Of a stretch of 64,000 nt of DNA, positions 9,478 to 17,919 are shown in pieces; position 1 is the first letter of the stretch, and the number at the start of each line of letters is the position of its first letter. The stretch is taken from contig JBJMII010000123.1 of NCBI GenBank assembly GCA_045806925.1, forward strand, positions 1,806 through 65,805. Reading direction: 5' to 3'. The stretch comes from Mycobacteriales bacterium. Lineage in GTDB: Bacteria > Actinomycetota > Actinomycetes > Mycobacteriales > CADCTP01. The notes below the pieces were generated by a model that was given only the letters and a program-made list of their open reading frames with translations, was not told the origin of the DNA and did no database searches. The translations under genes and the position numbers were made by a program.

Positions 9478-10650
9478 GTGCGTACGGCGTGGCTCGTCGT
9501 CGCGCTGCTGCTGCTCGGTGGGCCGTCGGCGTGGGCGGTCGGCCGGGTCCGGTCGCGGCGGGGCTTCGCCACGTCCGCGGAGCGGGTCACCTTCGAGACC
9601 CTGCACACCGCCAGCCTGGCCGCGCCGCCGCTGCGGCTGGGGCTGACCGAGACGTCCGCCGGCAAGTCGGCGCGGCACCTGCGTACGCTGCTCGGCACTC
9701 CGGCGATCGCGATCACCGACACCGAGCGGCTGCTGGTCTGGGACGGCCCCGGCGAGCACCACGCCGGGCAGGTGCGGGCGGCCGCGGCCGAGCCGCTGGA
9801 GACCGGCCGGCCGGTGGTGCTGCGCACGGGCGAGCTCGGTTGCGGTGACCTGGAGTGCCCGGTGCGCGGCGCGGTGGTGGTCCCCATCGCGGTGGAGGAC
9901 CGGATCGCGGGCACGGTGGCCGCGGTCACCTCGACCAAACCCGGTCCGGGCCTGGTGCAGGCGGCGCTGGAGACGGCCCGCTGGGTGTCCACCCAGCTGG
10001 AGCTGGCCGAGCTGGACCAGTCCCGGGCGCGGCTGGTGCGCGCCGAGGTGCGGGCGCTGCGGGCGCAGATCAGCCCGCACTTCGTCTACAACGCGCTGAC
10101 CACGATCGCGTCCTTCGTGCGGACCGACCCGGAGCGGGCGCGGGAGCTGCTGCTGGAGTTCGCCGAGTTCACCCGCTACTCCTTTCGCTCGCACGGGGAG
10201 TTCACCACGCTGGCGGAGGAGCTGCGCTCGATCGACCGTTACCTCACGCTGGAGCGGGCCCGGTTCGGCGACCGGCTGGAGGTGCGACTGCAGATCGCGC
10301 CCGAGGTGCTGCCGGTGGCGGTCCCGTTCCTCGGCCTGCAGCCGCTGGTGGAGAACGCGGTGCGGCACGGGCTCGCCGCGAAGACCGGGGTCGGCACGAT
10401 CTCGATCGTCGCGGAGGACGCCGGCACCGCCTGCCTGATCAGCGTCGAGGACGACGGGGTCGGGATGGACCCGGAGGTGCTCCGGCGGCGTGCCGAGGGT
10501 GGCGGCCACGTCGGCCTCGGCAACATCGACGACCGGCTGCGGTCGGTCTTCGGGGACGAGTTCGGGCTGGTTGTCGAGACCGCGCCCGGCGCGGGTACGA
10601 AGGTGAGCATGCGGATCCCGAAGTTCCACCCCGGCGTACGGGCATCATGA
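9478..10650 (+). CDS. sensor histidine kinase, LytS/YehU type (GAF-like + His_kinase + HATPase), single N-terminal TM
   Basis: It has the ISPHFVYNALTTIASF H-box of the LytS-type His_kinase domain, the N-box LQPLVENAVRHG, and a G-box DDGVGM...GLGNI. Confidence 0.85.
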   Translation: MRTAWLVVALLLLGGPSAWAVGRVRSRRGFATSAERVTFETLHTASLAAPPLRLGLTETSAGKSARHLRTLLGTPAIAITDTERLLVWDGPGEHHAGQVRAAAAEPLETGRPVVLRTGELGCGDLECPVRGAVVVPIAVEDRIAGTVAAVTSTKPGPGLVQAALETARWVSTQLELAELDQSRARLVRAEVRALRAQISPHFVYNALTTIASFVRTDPERARELLLEFAEFTRYSFRSHGEFTTLAEELRSIDRYLTLERARFGDRLEVRLQIAPEVLPVAVPFLGLQPLVENAVRHGLAAKTGVGTISIVAEDAGTACLISVEDDGVGMDPEVLRRRAEGGGHVGLGNIDDRLRSVFGDEFGLVVETAPGAGTKVSMRIPKFHPGVRAS

Positions 10651-11405
10651 GCGCGCCCCGGCGACGGCTGCGCGTCCTCGCGGTGGACGACGAGCCGCCC
10701 GCTCTCGACGAGCTGGTCTACCTGCTCGGCGCGGACGCCCGGGTGGGCTCCGTGGCCGCGGCTGGGGACGCGACCGAGGCGCTGCGGGTGCTGCGGGACG
10801 GCGAGGTCGAGGCGGTCTTCCTCGACATCCGGATGCCCGGGCTGGACGGGCTGGAGCTGGCCCGGGTGCTGCGCCGGTTCGCCTCGCCGCCGACCGTCGT
10901 CTTCGTCACCGCGCACGACGACCGGGCGGTGGACGCGTACGACCTGGGCGCGGTCGACTACCTGCTCAAGCCGCTGCGGCCGGAGCGGCTGGCGGAGTCG
11001 CTGCGCCGGGTCACCGCGGTCCGGGAGCAGGCCTCCCCGCCGCCGGCCGGCGAGGATGAGGAGGTCATCCCGGTCGAGCTGGCCGGGCGGACCACGATGC
11101 TGCCGAGATCCGAGGTGCGCTGGGTGGAGGCGCAGGGTGACTACGCGCGGTTGCACACGGGGGAGACCTCGCACCTGATCCGGGTGCCGCTGTCAGTGCT
11201 GGCCGAGCGGTGGGCGGACGCCGGTTTCGTCCGCATCCACCGGTCTTACCTGGTCGCGCTGCGCGATGTCCGCGAGCTGCGGCTGACCGGCTCGGGCTAC
11301 GTGGTCCGCACCGGCGACCGCGAGCTGCCGGTCTCCCGCCGGCACACCCGCGAGCTGAAGGACCGGCTGATCCGGGCCACCAAGGCGGAGTGGAGCCGAT
11401 CCTGA
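10647..11405 (+). CDS. LytTR-family response regulator
   Basis: The receiver domain shows LAVDDEPPAL...FLDIRMPGLDG and DYLLKP. The C-terminal LytTR domain shows VEAQGDYARLHT...FVRIHRSYLV. Its ATG overlaps the kinase stop (ATGA at 10647-10650). Confidence 0.9.
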   Translation: MSAPRRRLRVLAVDDEPPALDELVYLLGADARVGSVAAAGDATEALRVLRDGEVEAVFLDIRMPGLDGLELARVLRRFASPPTVVFVTAHDDRAVDAYDLGAVDYLLKPLRPERLAESLRRVTAVREQASPPPAGEDEEVIPVELAGRTTMLPRSEVRWVEAQGDYARLHTGETSHLIRVPLSVLAERWADAGFVRIHRSYLVALRDVRELRLTGSGYVVRTGDRELPVSRRHTRELKDRLIRATKAEWSRS

Positions 11406-11478
11406 CCATGACCGACGATCACGTTCACCAACCGGGTGACCACTAGGCGGGGCGATTTGTCCGATTCGGTCGTCCCCC

Positions 11479-11515
11479 GATTGGTGAACCTGATCGCGGA
11501 TCAGGTTCACCAATC
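11479..11515. promoter_or_regulatory. 37-bp perfect inverted repeat (17-bp arms, 3-nt centre), candidate operator or hairpin
   Basis: The sequence GATTGGTGAACCTGATC-GCG-GATCAGGTTCACCAATC was read directly. The half-site GTTCACC/GGTGA(A/C)C recurs at 11423-11441. It lies in an AT-richer gap between the LytTR regulator gene and the downstream transporter genes. Confidence 0.45.
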
Positions 11516-11567
11516 AGGCGGCCGGCGGGCGGTTGGCAATGCGGGGCGTTCGGGGCACGCTCGGCGG

Positions 11568-11939
11568 GTGGACGACAGTGCGCCGCCGGCGCGGGTGCGG
11601 GTGGTGCTGGCCGGGGAGCGCCGGTCCCGGCCCGACCCGGCCGCCCGGGAGATCGAGGAGCAGACGCTGGTCGGCGAGGTCCTGGTGCGCGGCCTGATCC
11701 GGACCCAGCTGGCGCTCGCGGTGCGGCTCTCGGTGCTGGTCGGCCTGCTGTTCGGCATCCAGCCGCTGCTCTTCGCGCTGGCGCCCGCGCTGGCCCACGC
11801 CGAGGTTGCCGGGCTGCAGCTGCCCTGGCTGCTGCTCGGCGTGCTGGCGTACCCGCTGGTCTTCGGCGTCGCCTGGACCTACGTTCGGGCCGCGGAGCGC
11901 AACGAGCAGGACTTCGCGGACCTGGTCAACCGGTCTTGA
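11568..11939 (+). CDS. small 2-TM membrane protein (DUF485-like topology)
   Basis: The frame has high GC3, two hydrophobic helices, and a C-terminal YVRAAERNEQDFADLV that resembles the DUF485 tail. The track ORF starts at 11436, but that stretch contains the palindrome, so the GTG at 11568 is preferred. Confidence 0.6.
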   Translation: MDDSAPPARVRVVLAGERRSRPDPAAREIEEQTLVGEVLVRGLIRTQLALAVRLSVLVGLLFGIQPLLFALAPALAHAEVAGLQLPWLLLGVLAYPLVFGVAWTYVRAAERNEQDFADLVNRS

Positions 11940-12060
11940 CCGGGCGCGAGGGCTCGCAGCGCGAGCGCGGAGCGAGCGGGAGGCCGGTCCGGCCGGCTGC
12001 GCCGGGTGGAGGCGCGGGCATGGGCATGGCGCCTGCCGGACCGGCCGAGGAGCGGACACA

Positions 12061-13770
12061 GTGACCAGCTCGCCGTACGCGGTCCCCGCGATCGTCGTCA
12101 TCACGGTGGCCACCGTGGGCATCGGTGCCTTCGGCTACCGGATCTCCCGGAGCACCTCGGACTTCCTGGTCGCCTCCCGGACCGTCAGCCCGCGGTGGAA
12201 CGCCAGCGCGATCAGCGGGGAGTACCTGTCCGCGGCCAGTTTCCTCGGCGTCGCCGGGCTGGTGATGACGCAGGGCGTGGACATGCTCTGGTATCCGGTC
12301 GGCTTCACCGCCGGCTACCTGGCCATGCTGCTCTACGTTGCGGCGCCGCTGCGCCGCTCCGGCGCGTACACGCTGCCTGACTTCGCGGAGGCGCGGCTGC
12401 ACTCCACCGCGCTGCGCGGGCTGGCCACCGGCTTCGTGGTGGTGATCGGCTGGCTCTACCTGGTGCCGCAGCTGCAGGGCGCCGGGCTGACCCTCAGCAC
12501 GGTGACCGGCGCGCCGACCTGGCTGGGCGCGGTGGTGGTCGGCGTGGTGGTCACCCTCAACGTCGCGGTCGGCGGGATGCGCAGCATCACCTTCGTCCAG
12601 GCCTTCCAGTACTGGGTGAAGCTGACCGCGATCGCGGTACCGGCGATGGTGCTGCTGGTGATCTGGCAGGGCCGGGACGACGGCCGTGGCGCGCTGACCG
12701 CGGACGCGCCGCCGACCTTCCCGGCGGCCACCACCGTCGAGGTGCGGACGGACGCCGAGGTGCTGGTGGAGCAGCCGGTGGACGTGCTGGTGGACGGGAC
12801 GCCGGCCCGCTGGGATGCCGGCAGCCATCCCCTGACCGCCGGCCGCACGGTGCGCTTCCCGGCCGGTGCCGAGCTGCCGCAGGTGGTCGGCGGGGCCGCC
12901 GAGCAGGGCGCGGTGTGGGCCGCGCCGCTGTCCGGGCTGACCGGCGGCCACCCGCTGTTCGCGACGTACTCGCTGATCCTGGCGACCTTCCTGGGCACCA
13001 TGGGCCTGCCGCACGTGCTGGTCCGCTTCTACACCAACCCGGACGGCCGGGCCGCCCGCACCACGACGCTGGTGGTGCTCGGCATGCTCGGGCTGTTCTA
13101 CCTCTTCCCGACCGTGTACGGGGCGCTCGGCCGCGTGTACGCCCCGCAGCTACTGCTGACCGGGCGGACGGACGCGGTGGTGCTGGTGCTGCCAGGCGCC
13201 GCCCTCGGCGGCCTGCCCGGCCAGCTGCTCGCCGGCCTGGTCGCGGCCGGCGCCTTCGCCGCCTTCCTGTCCACCTCCAGCGGGCTGCTCGTCTCGGTCT
13301 CCGGCGTGCTGTCCACCGACGTGCTCGGCCGCTGGTCCGGCGGTCAGGGCTCGGTCCGCGACTTCCGCCGTTCGGCGATGGTGGCGGGCGTGGTGCCGCT
13401 GCTGCTCACCCTGCGGCTCGGCAGCCTCGGGCTGTCCACCGTGGTCGGGCTGGCGTTCGCGGTGGCCGCGTCCACCTTCTGCCCGCTGCTGGTGCTCGGG
13501 ATCTGGTGGCGGCGGCTCACCCCGGTGGGCGCCGGCTGCGGCCTGCTCGCCGGCGGGGTGCTGTGCGGCGCCGCCGTGCTGGCCACCGTGCTCGGCCCGG
13601 ACCTCGGCGGCTGGCCCGGTGCGCTGCTCGCCCAGCCCGCGGCGTGGACGGTGCCGACCGCATTCGTCGTGATGGTCACGGTCTCGCTGGCCACTGCCCG
13701 GACGATCCCTGCCGACGTCGGGCGGACCATGCTCCAGCTGCACGCCCCGGAGTCGCTGCGGCTGCGCTGA
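12061..13770 (+). CDS. solute:sodium symporter family transporter (ActP-related, with an enlarged loop)
   Basis: The GTG at 12061 follows GAGGAG. SSS signatures are present: SGEYLSAASFLGVAGL, GGMRSITFVQAFQ and GTMGLPHVLVRFYT. There are about 13 TM segments. Confidence 0.85.
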   Translation: MTSSPYAVPAIVVITVATVGIGAFGYRISRSTSDFLVASRTVSPRWNASAISGEYLSAASFLGVAGLVMTQGVDMLWYPVGFTAGYLAMLLYVAAPLRRSGAYTLPDFAEARLHSTALRGLATGFVVVIGWLYLVPQLQGAGLTLSTVTGAPTWLGAVVVGVVVTLNVAVGGMRSITFVQAFQYWVKLTAIAVPAMVLLVIWQGRDDGRGALTADAPPTFPAATTVEVRTDAEVLVEQPVDVLVDGTPARWDAGSHPLTAGRTVRFPAGAELPQVVGGAAEQGAVWAAPLSGLTGGHPLFATYSLILATFLGTMGLPHVLVRFYTNPDGRAARTTTLVVLGMLGLFYLFPTVYGALGRVYAPQLLLTGRTDAVVLVLPGAALGGLPGQLLAGLVAAGAFAAFLSTSSGLLVSVSGVLSTDVLGRWSGGQGSVRDFRRSAMVAGVVPLLLTLRLGSLGLSTVVGLAFAVAASTFCPLLVLGIWWRRLTPVGAGCGLLAGGVLCGAAVLATVLGPDLGGWPGALLAQPAAWTVPTAFVVMVTVSLATARTIPADVGRTMLQLHAPESLRLR

Positions 13771-13908
13771 CCGGTGTGAGCGCAGTCACTCAGCGCACCG
13801 CCGACACCGCTCGGCGCAGCAGCCGTCCGGCCGGCCGGGCGCGGTCCCCGGCGCTCATACCGTTCCGGTCACCGACGAGCTGCCGTCACACCAGGAGGTG
13901 GCCCCCCC

Positions 13909-14268
13909 ATGACCAGCAGCGAGACACGCCCCGGCGCGAGCCTGGGCGGCCGCCGGCCGACGGCCGACGAGTACATCCGGATGGAGGCCGACGAGCGCTT
14001 CATCGAGCTGCGCCGCCGGTTCCGCCGCTTCGCGTTCCCGGCGACGGTCGTGTTCCTCGGCTGGTACCTGCTCTACGTCCTGGCCTCCGCGTACGCCCGG
14101 GACTTCATGGACACCAAGGTGGTGGGCAACCTCAACGTCGCCTTCTTCTTCGGCATCCTGCAGTTCGTGTCCACCTTCCTGATCGCGTACATCTACTCCA
14201 GGTACGCGAACCGGCGACTCGACCCGCTGGCTACGGAGCTCAGCCGCGAGCTGGAGGGTCGGCGGTGA
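13909..14268 (+). CDS. DUF485 (YjcH-like) small membrane protein
   Basis: AGGAGG lies upstream of the ATG. The motifs FIELRRRFRRFAFP plus two TM helices match the usual partner of ActP-type acetate symporters. Confidence 0.85.
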   Translation: MTSSETRPGASLGGRRPTADEYIRMEADERFIELRRRFRRFAFPATVVFLGWYLLYVLASAYARDFMDTKVVGNLNVAFFFGILQFVSTFLIAYIYSRYANRRLDPLATELSRELEGRR

Positions 14269-15914
14269 CCGGCACCGTGACCGTCCTCGCGGCGAGCGCC
14301 GACACCCGGCGCGGCCTGACCATCGGCCTCTTCGCGGTCTTCATCGCCATCACGCTCTACATCACCTTCTGGGCCAGCCGGCAGAACAAGACCGCCGCGG
14401 ACTTCTACGCCGCCGGCCGGTCGTTCTCCGGCCTGCAGAACGGGATGGCCATCGGCGGCGACTACATGTCGGCCGCGTCGTTCCTCGGCATCGCCGGCCT
14501 GATCGCGCTGTACGGCTACGACGGCTTCCTCTACTCCATCGGCTTCCTGGTCGCGTGGCTGGTGGCCCTGCTGCTGGTCGCCGAGCTGCTGCGCAACTCC
14601 GGCCGCTACACGATGGGCGACGTGCTCGCCTTCCGGATGCGACAGCGGCCGGTCCGGACCGCCGCCGGCATCTCCACCATCACCGTGTCGATCTTCTACC
14701 TGATCGCGCAGATGGTCGGCGCCGGCTCGCTGGTGGCGCTGCTGCTCGGCATCGGGAAGGGGCAGCAGTTCCTCGGCATGTCGCAGGGCACCGCGAAGAA
14801 CGTGACGATCATCATCGTCGGTGGGCTGATGATCCTCTACGTCACGGTCGGTGGCATGCGGGGCACCACCTGGGTGCAGATCGTCAAGGCCGCCTTGCTG
14901 ATGAGCGGCGCGATCCTCATGACGATCTTCGTGCTGGCCAAGTTCAACTTCAACCCGTCGACGCTGCTCGGCGCGGCGGCGGAGAAGAGCGGCAAGGGCG
15001 AGGCCTTCCTCAACCCGGGCCTGCGGTACGGCGCCGGCGACTGGAAGACCTAGGTCGATCTCATCAGCCTCGGCCTTGCGCTGGTGCTGGGCACCGCAGG
15101 CCTGCCGCACATCCTGATCCGCTTCTACACGGTGCCGACCGCGCGCGACGCCCGCCGCTCGGTCAACTGGGCGATCGGCATCATCGGCACCTTCTACCTG
15201 CTCACGCTGGCGCTGGGCTTCGGCGCGGCGGCGCTCGTCGGCACCAGCGCGATCCGGACGGCCAACCCGGGCGGCAACACGGCCGCTCCGCAGCTGGCCG
15301 AGGAGCTCGGCGGCGGCGCCGGCACCACCGGCGGTGCGGTCTTCCTCGCGTTCATCGCGTCGGTCGCCTTCGCCACGATCCTCGCCGTGGTCGCCGGGCT
15401 CACGCTCGCCTCGTCCTCCTCGATGGCGCACGACATCTACGCCAACGCGATCCGCGGGGGCGAGGTCGGCGAGCGGGACGAGGTCCGGGTGGCGCGGATC
15501 GCCGCCATCATCATCGGGGCGATCGCCATCGTGCTGTCGATCTTCGCGCAGAACCTCAACGTCGCCTTCCTGGTGGCGCTGGCCTTCGCGGTGGCGGCGT
15601 CGGCCAACCTGCCGGCGATCCTCTACAGCCTCTTCTGGCGGCGCTTCAACACCCAGGGCGCGGTGTGGGCGATCTACGGCGGCCTCATCACCGCGGTGGT
15701 GCTGGTGATCTTCTCCCCGGTGGTGTCCGGCAAGCCCACCGCGATGATCAGCGACAAGGACTTCGCCTGGTTCCCGCTGGAGAACCCGGGCATCATCTCG
15801 ATCCCGGCCGGCTTCTTCTTCGGCTGGCTGGGCACGGTGCTGTCCCGCGAGCGGAACGATGCCAAGTACGCCGAGCTGGAGGTGCGCTCGCTCACCGGCG
15901 CCGGCGCACACTAG
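14265..15914 (+). pseudogene. actP: cation/acetate symporter ActP-like, interrupted by an in-frame TAG at 15051-15053
   Basis: The GTG overlaps the DUF485 stop (GTGA). The N-part ends ...GLRYGAGDWKT*, and the same frame continues [28 protein letters not shown]... to 15914. Joined, the two parts give a normal full-length ActP. The track shows them as 12915..15053 and 15084..15914. Confidence 0.8.
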
Positions 15915-15950
15915 CCGGCTGGACACGGCCCGCGTGCCGGCCCCGGAGCT

Positions 15951-15989
15951 GCGGCGCCGGTGGGTGGTCGGTCCCCCCACCGGCGCCGC
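15951..15989 (+). terminator. GC-rich hairpin (14-bp perfect stem) downstream of actP
   Basis: GCGGCGCCGGTGGG (15951-15964) pairs perfectly with CCCACCGGCGCCGC (15976-15989). It begins 37 nt after the stop. There is no U-tract, which is usual in high-GC actinomycetes. Confidence 0.55.
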
Positions 15990-16327
15990 GCGGCGTGTGA
16001 ACCGCCGCGGCCGCGGTGCAACCGGTGCCGCCGGTCCCGCGGTCGGCAGCGGGCAGTAGCATCGGCGACTCCGAGAGGGTGACGGTTTGCCCCCCAGCCG
16101 GGGGAGGCCGGAACCGCCGGTCACCGGGAGGGTCGAGCGATGCGGGAACGCGGCGGCGACGGCGGCGGGGGGCTGCACGACGGCGGCGACGGCGGTGGCG
16201 GCTGAGCCGAGACCGGGCGCACCCCTGACGCGAGGCCCGGCACCCCCGCGAGCGGCGAGATGGCGGCGGCGGCCCGGTGTAGACGGGCCTCGTCCGGCGT
16301 GCCTGCCGGGCGCGGCCGGACCGTCCC

Positions 16328-16390
<63 letters not shown>

Positions 16391-16397
16391 GGCGGCG

Positions 16398-17456
16398 TCA
16401 GCCGGCGGCGGGGAGGTGGTCATCGACCGGGCGGGCCCACCAGAGTTCCCAGGTGTAGCGCTCCGGACGCGGCTCGTCGCAGGTCCACCGGTAGCGCAGT
16501 GACCCGTCCGGCCCGGTCAGCCGCTTGAGTTCCCGGTTGTCCCGGTCCCGGACGAAGACGTCGTCGCCCGCCTCCGGCGGGAAGTCGAAGTTGACGGTCA
16601 GCCGGGCCAGCGTGGACCGGCCGGGGTCCGCCACCCGCGGCGACGGCGTCCAGGTGAGCCGGTCGTGCCCGGTGCTGCGCAGGGTGTCCCACATCCCGGG
16701 CATCCGGTAGCGCGCGTACCAGCCGGTCGGCTCGGTGATGCTCGGGGTGAAGACGAACATGCAGCGCAGCAGGCCCGGCTTCTCGGTCAGCGCGATCTGC
16801 CGGATCGCGGTCCGGTCGTCCTCGGACCGGGTGACCATGTCGATCTCCGCGAGCGTCACCGTCTCCGCGTCCAGCTGCGTCGGCGTGGTCAGCCGGCCCT
16901 GCAGGAAGGGCAGGCTGGCGCCGCGGGCCGGGACGGTGTGCCGGTGCTCGATCACCCGGTCGCCGTCCGAGACCGTGCCGATCAGGTAGGTAAGCTCGAC
17001 GTCGTCGGTGTACGGCGCCGGGTAGCCGAGCCACATCTCGTGCAGCGCGGCCAGCACCGCCGCGTTCCGGCCGCGCAGCGCCTGGCTGCCGGCGGCCTCG
17101 GCGACCGCCCGCGCGGCCTGCTCGGTGGCCCGCGCGACCTCCTCCCGGGCGGCGCTGAGCTCCTCCTGGTGCTTGGCGTGCAGCAGCTGCAGCTGGGCCT
17201 GCTGCCGGAGCCGGATCCCGGCCGCCGCGATCTGGCCGAGGAAGAGCAGCACGGAGAGCACGAGCAGGCCGCCGAGCAGGTAGCGGCCGATCCCGTCCGC
17301 CCACACGGCCAGCCCGGCCGAGGCGGCTGCGAGCAGCACGTTTCCGCCCACCGCCGCGGTCCGCAGGGCCTGCGAGAAGTCCTTCCATGCCAGGCCTGCG
17401 GGCATCCGGGCCAACGGCGACTCTTCTGTACGGCCCATCTCGTCCAGGGACACCAT
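16398..17456 (-). CDS. hypothetical membrane-anchored protein (2 TM + coiled-coil + ~200-aa globular domain)
   Basis: This 352-aa frame has balanced, non-shadow composition (W, Y, F, D, E, K and T are all present). GGAGGA lies upstream, and an AT-richer promoter region spans 17457-17530. I recognise no family. Confidence 0.7.
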   Translation of the reverse strand: MVSLDEMGRTEESPLARMPAGLAWKDFSQALRTAAVGGNVLLAAASAGLAVWADGIGRYLLGGLLVLSVLLFLGQIAAAGIRLRQQAQLQLLHAKHQEELSAAREEVARATEQAARAVAEAAGSQALRGRNAAVLAALHEMWLGYPAPYTDDVELTYLIGTVSDGDRVIEHRHTVPARGASLPFLQGRLTTPTQLDAETVTLAEIDMVTRSEDDRTAIRQIALTEKPGLLRCMFVFTPSITEPTGWYARYRMPGMWDTLRSTGHDRLTWTPSPRVADPGRSTLARLTVNFDFPPEAGDDVFVRDRDNRELKRLTGPDGSLRYRWTCDEPRPERYTWELWWARPVDDHLPAAG

Positions 17457-17586
17457 TCCTCCGTTCGGCTTCTTCTCTACTCAAGAGTAGTCAGCCAGTC
17501 ACACTCCGTTCTAACAAGACGGTCTCGATGCCGGAGCTCGTGACAGGGGAGCCGGGGACTCGGACCGGGGATGACAGGATCGGCGG

Positions 17587-17919
17587 GTGCAGCCCGGATC
17601 CGTGCCCAGCATGCTGCCCGGCGAGGTCGCCGACGGCGTGACCATCCTCGACGTCCGCGAGGACGACGAGTGGGCGGTGGGCCACATCGCCGGCTCCGCC
17701 CACGTCCCGATGAGCGAGATCGTGCTTCGGGTCGCGGAGGTGCCGGCGGCCGACCCGCTGCTCGTGGTCTGCCGGGTCGGCGCCCGGTCCGCGCAGGTCG
17801 CGGCATGGCTGCGCGGCCAGGGCCGGGACGCGCGCAACCTCGCCGGCGGGCTGGTGTCCTGGACCGCCGCCGGCCGGTCGCTGGTGACGGACTCCGGCGC
17901 TCCCGGCGCCGTCGCCTAG
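17587..17919 (+). CDS. rhodanese-like single-domain sulfurtransferase
   Basis: It has ILDVREDDEWAVGHIAGSAHVP and the active-site loop VVCRVGARS. The start is uncertain (GTG 17587 or ATG 17611). Confidence 0.85.
   Translation: MQPGSVPSMLPGEVADGVTILDVREDDEWAVGHIAGSAHVPMSEIVLRVAEVPAADPLLVVCRVGARSAQVAAWLRGQGRDARNLAGGLVSWTAAGRSLVTDSGAPGAVA

Noticed and set aside
7105-10629. Very long ORFs in the track look like giant genes. Examples are 7105..10629 (-) at 1174 aa, 5003..7300 (-), 34550..36859 (-), 39030..41813 (-), 24860..26965 (-) and 43129..45765 (-).
   Set aside because: Their translations are Arg/Pro/Gly/Ala-dominated, lack recognisable motifs, and run antisense to or out of frame with clearly real genes. 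Stop codons are rare in all frames at this GC content. Only the motif-bearing 3' portions were kept, where applicable (P450, LarC, the acyl-CoA ligase and others).
15051-15053. The in-frame TAG in actP could be programmed recoding (pyrrolysine or suppression).
   Set aside because: No pyl genes or PYLIS-like context are visible, and TAG is used as an ordinary stop elsewhere in the window (for example 17917-19, 54110-12 and 15912-14). A nonsense mutation or a sequencing error is far more likely.
16060-16130. The C-run/G-run hairpin (..TTTGCCCCCCAGCCGGGGGAGG..) could be a 6C RNA or a riboswitch.
   Set aside because: 6C RNA has C-rich loops, whereas here the C-run pairs with the G-run in a stem. 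I recognise no conserved riboswitch core, and no gene lies downstream in either orientation. It is noted only as part of the long intergenic finding.
17916-17919. The convergent rhodanese and recQ genes share their stop codons in the palindrome CTAG.
   Set aside because: The observation is real, but it is a trivial consequence of tight packing. It gives no evidence of regulatory significance.
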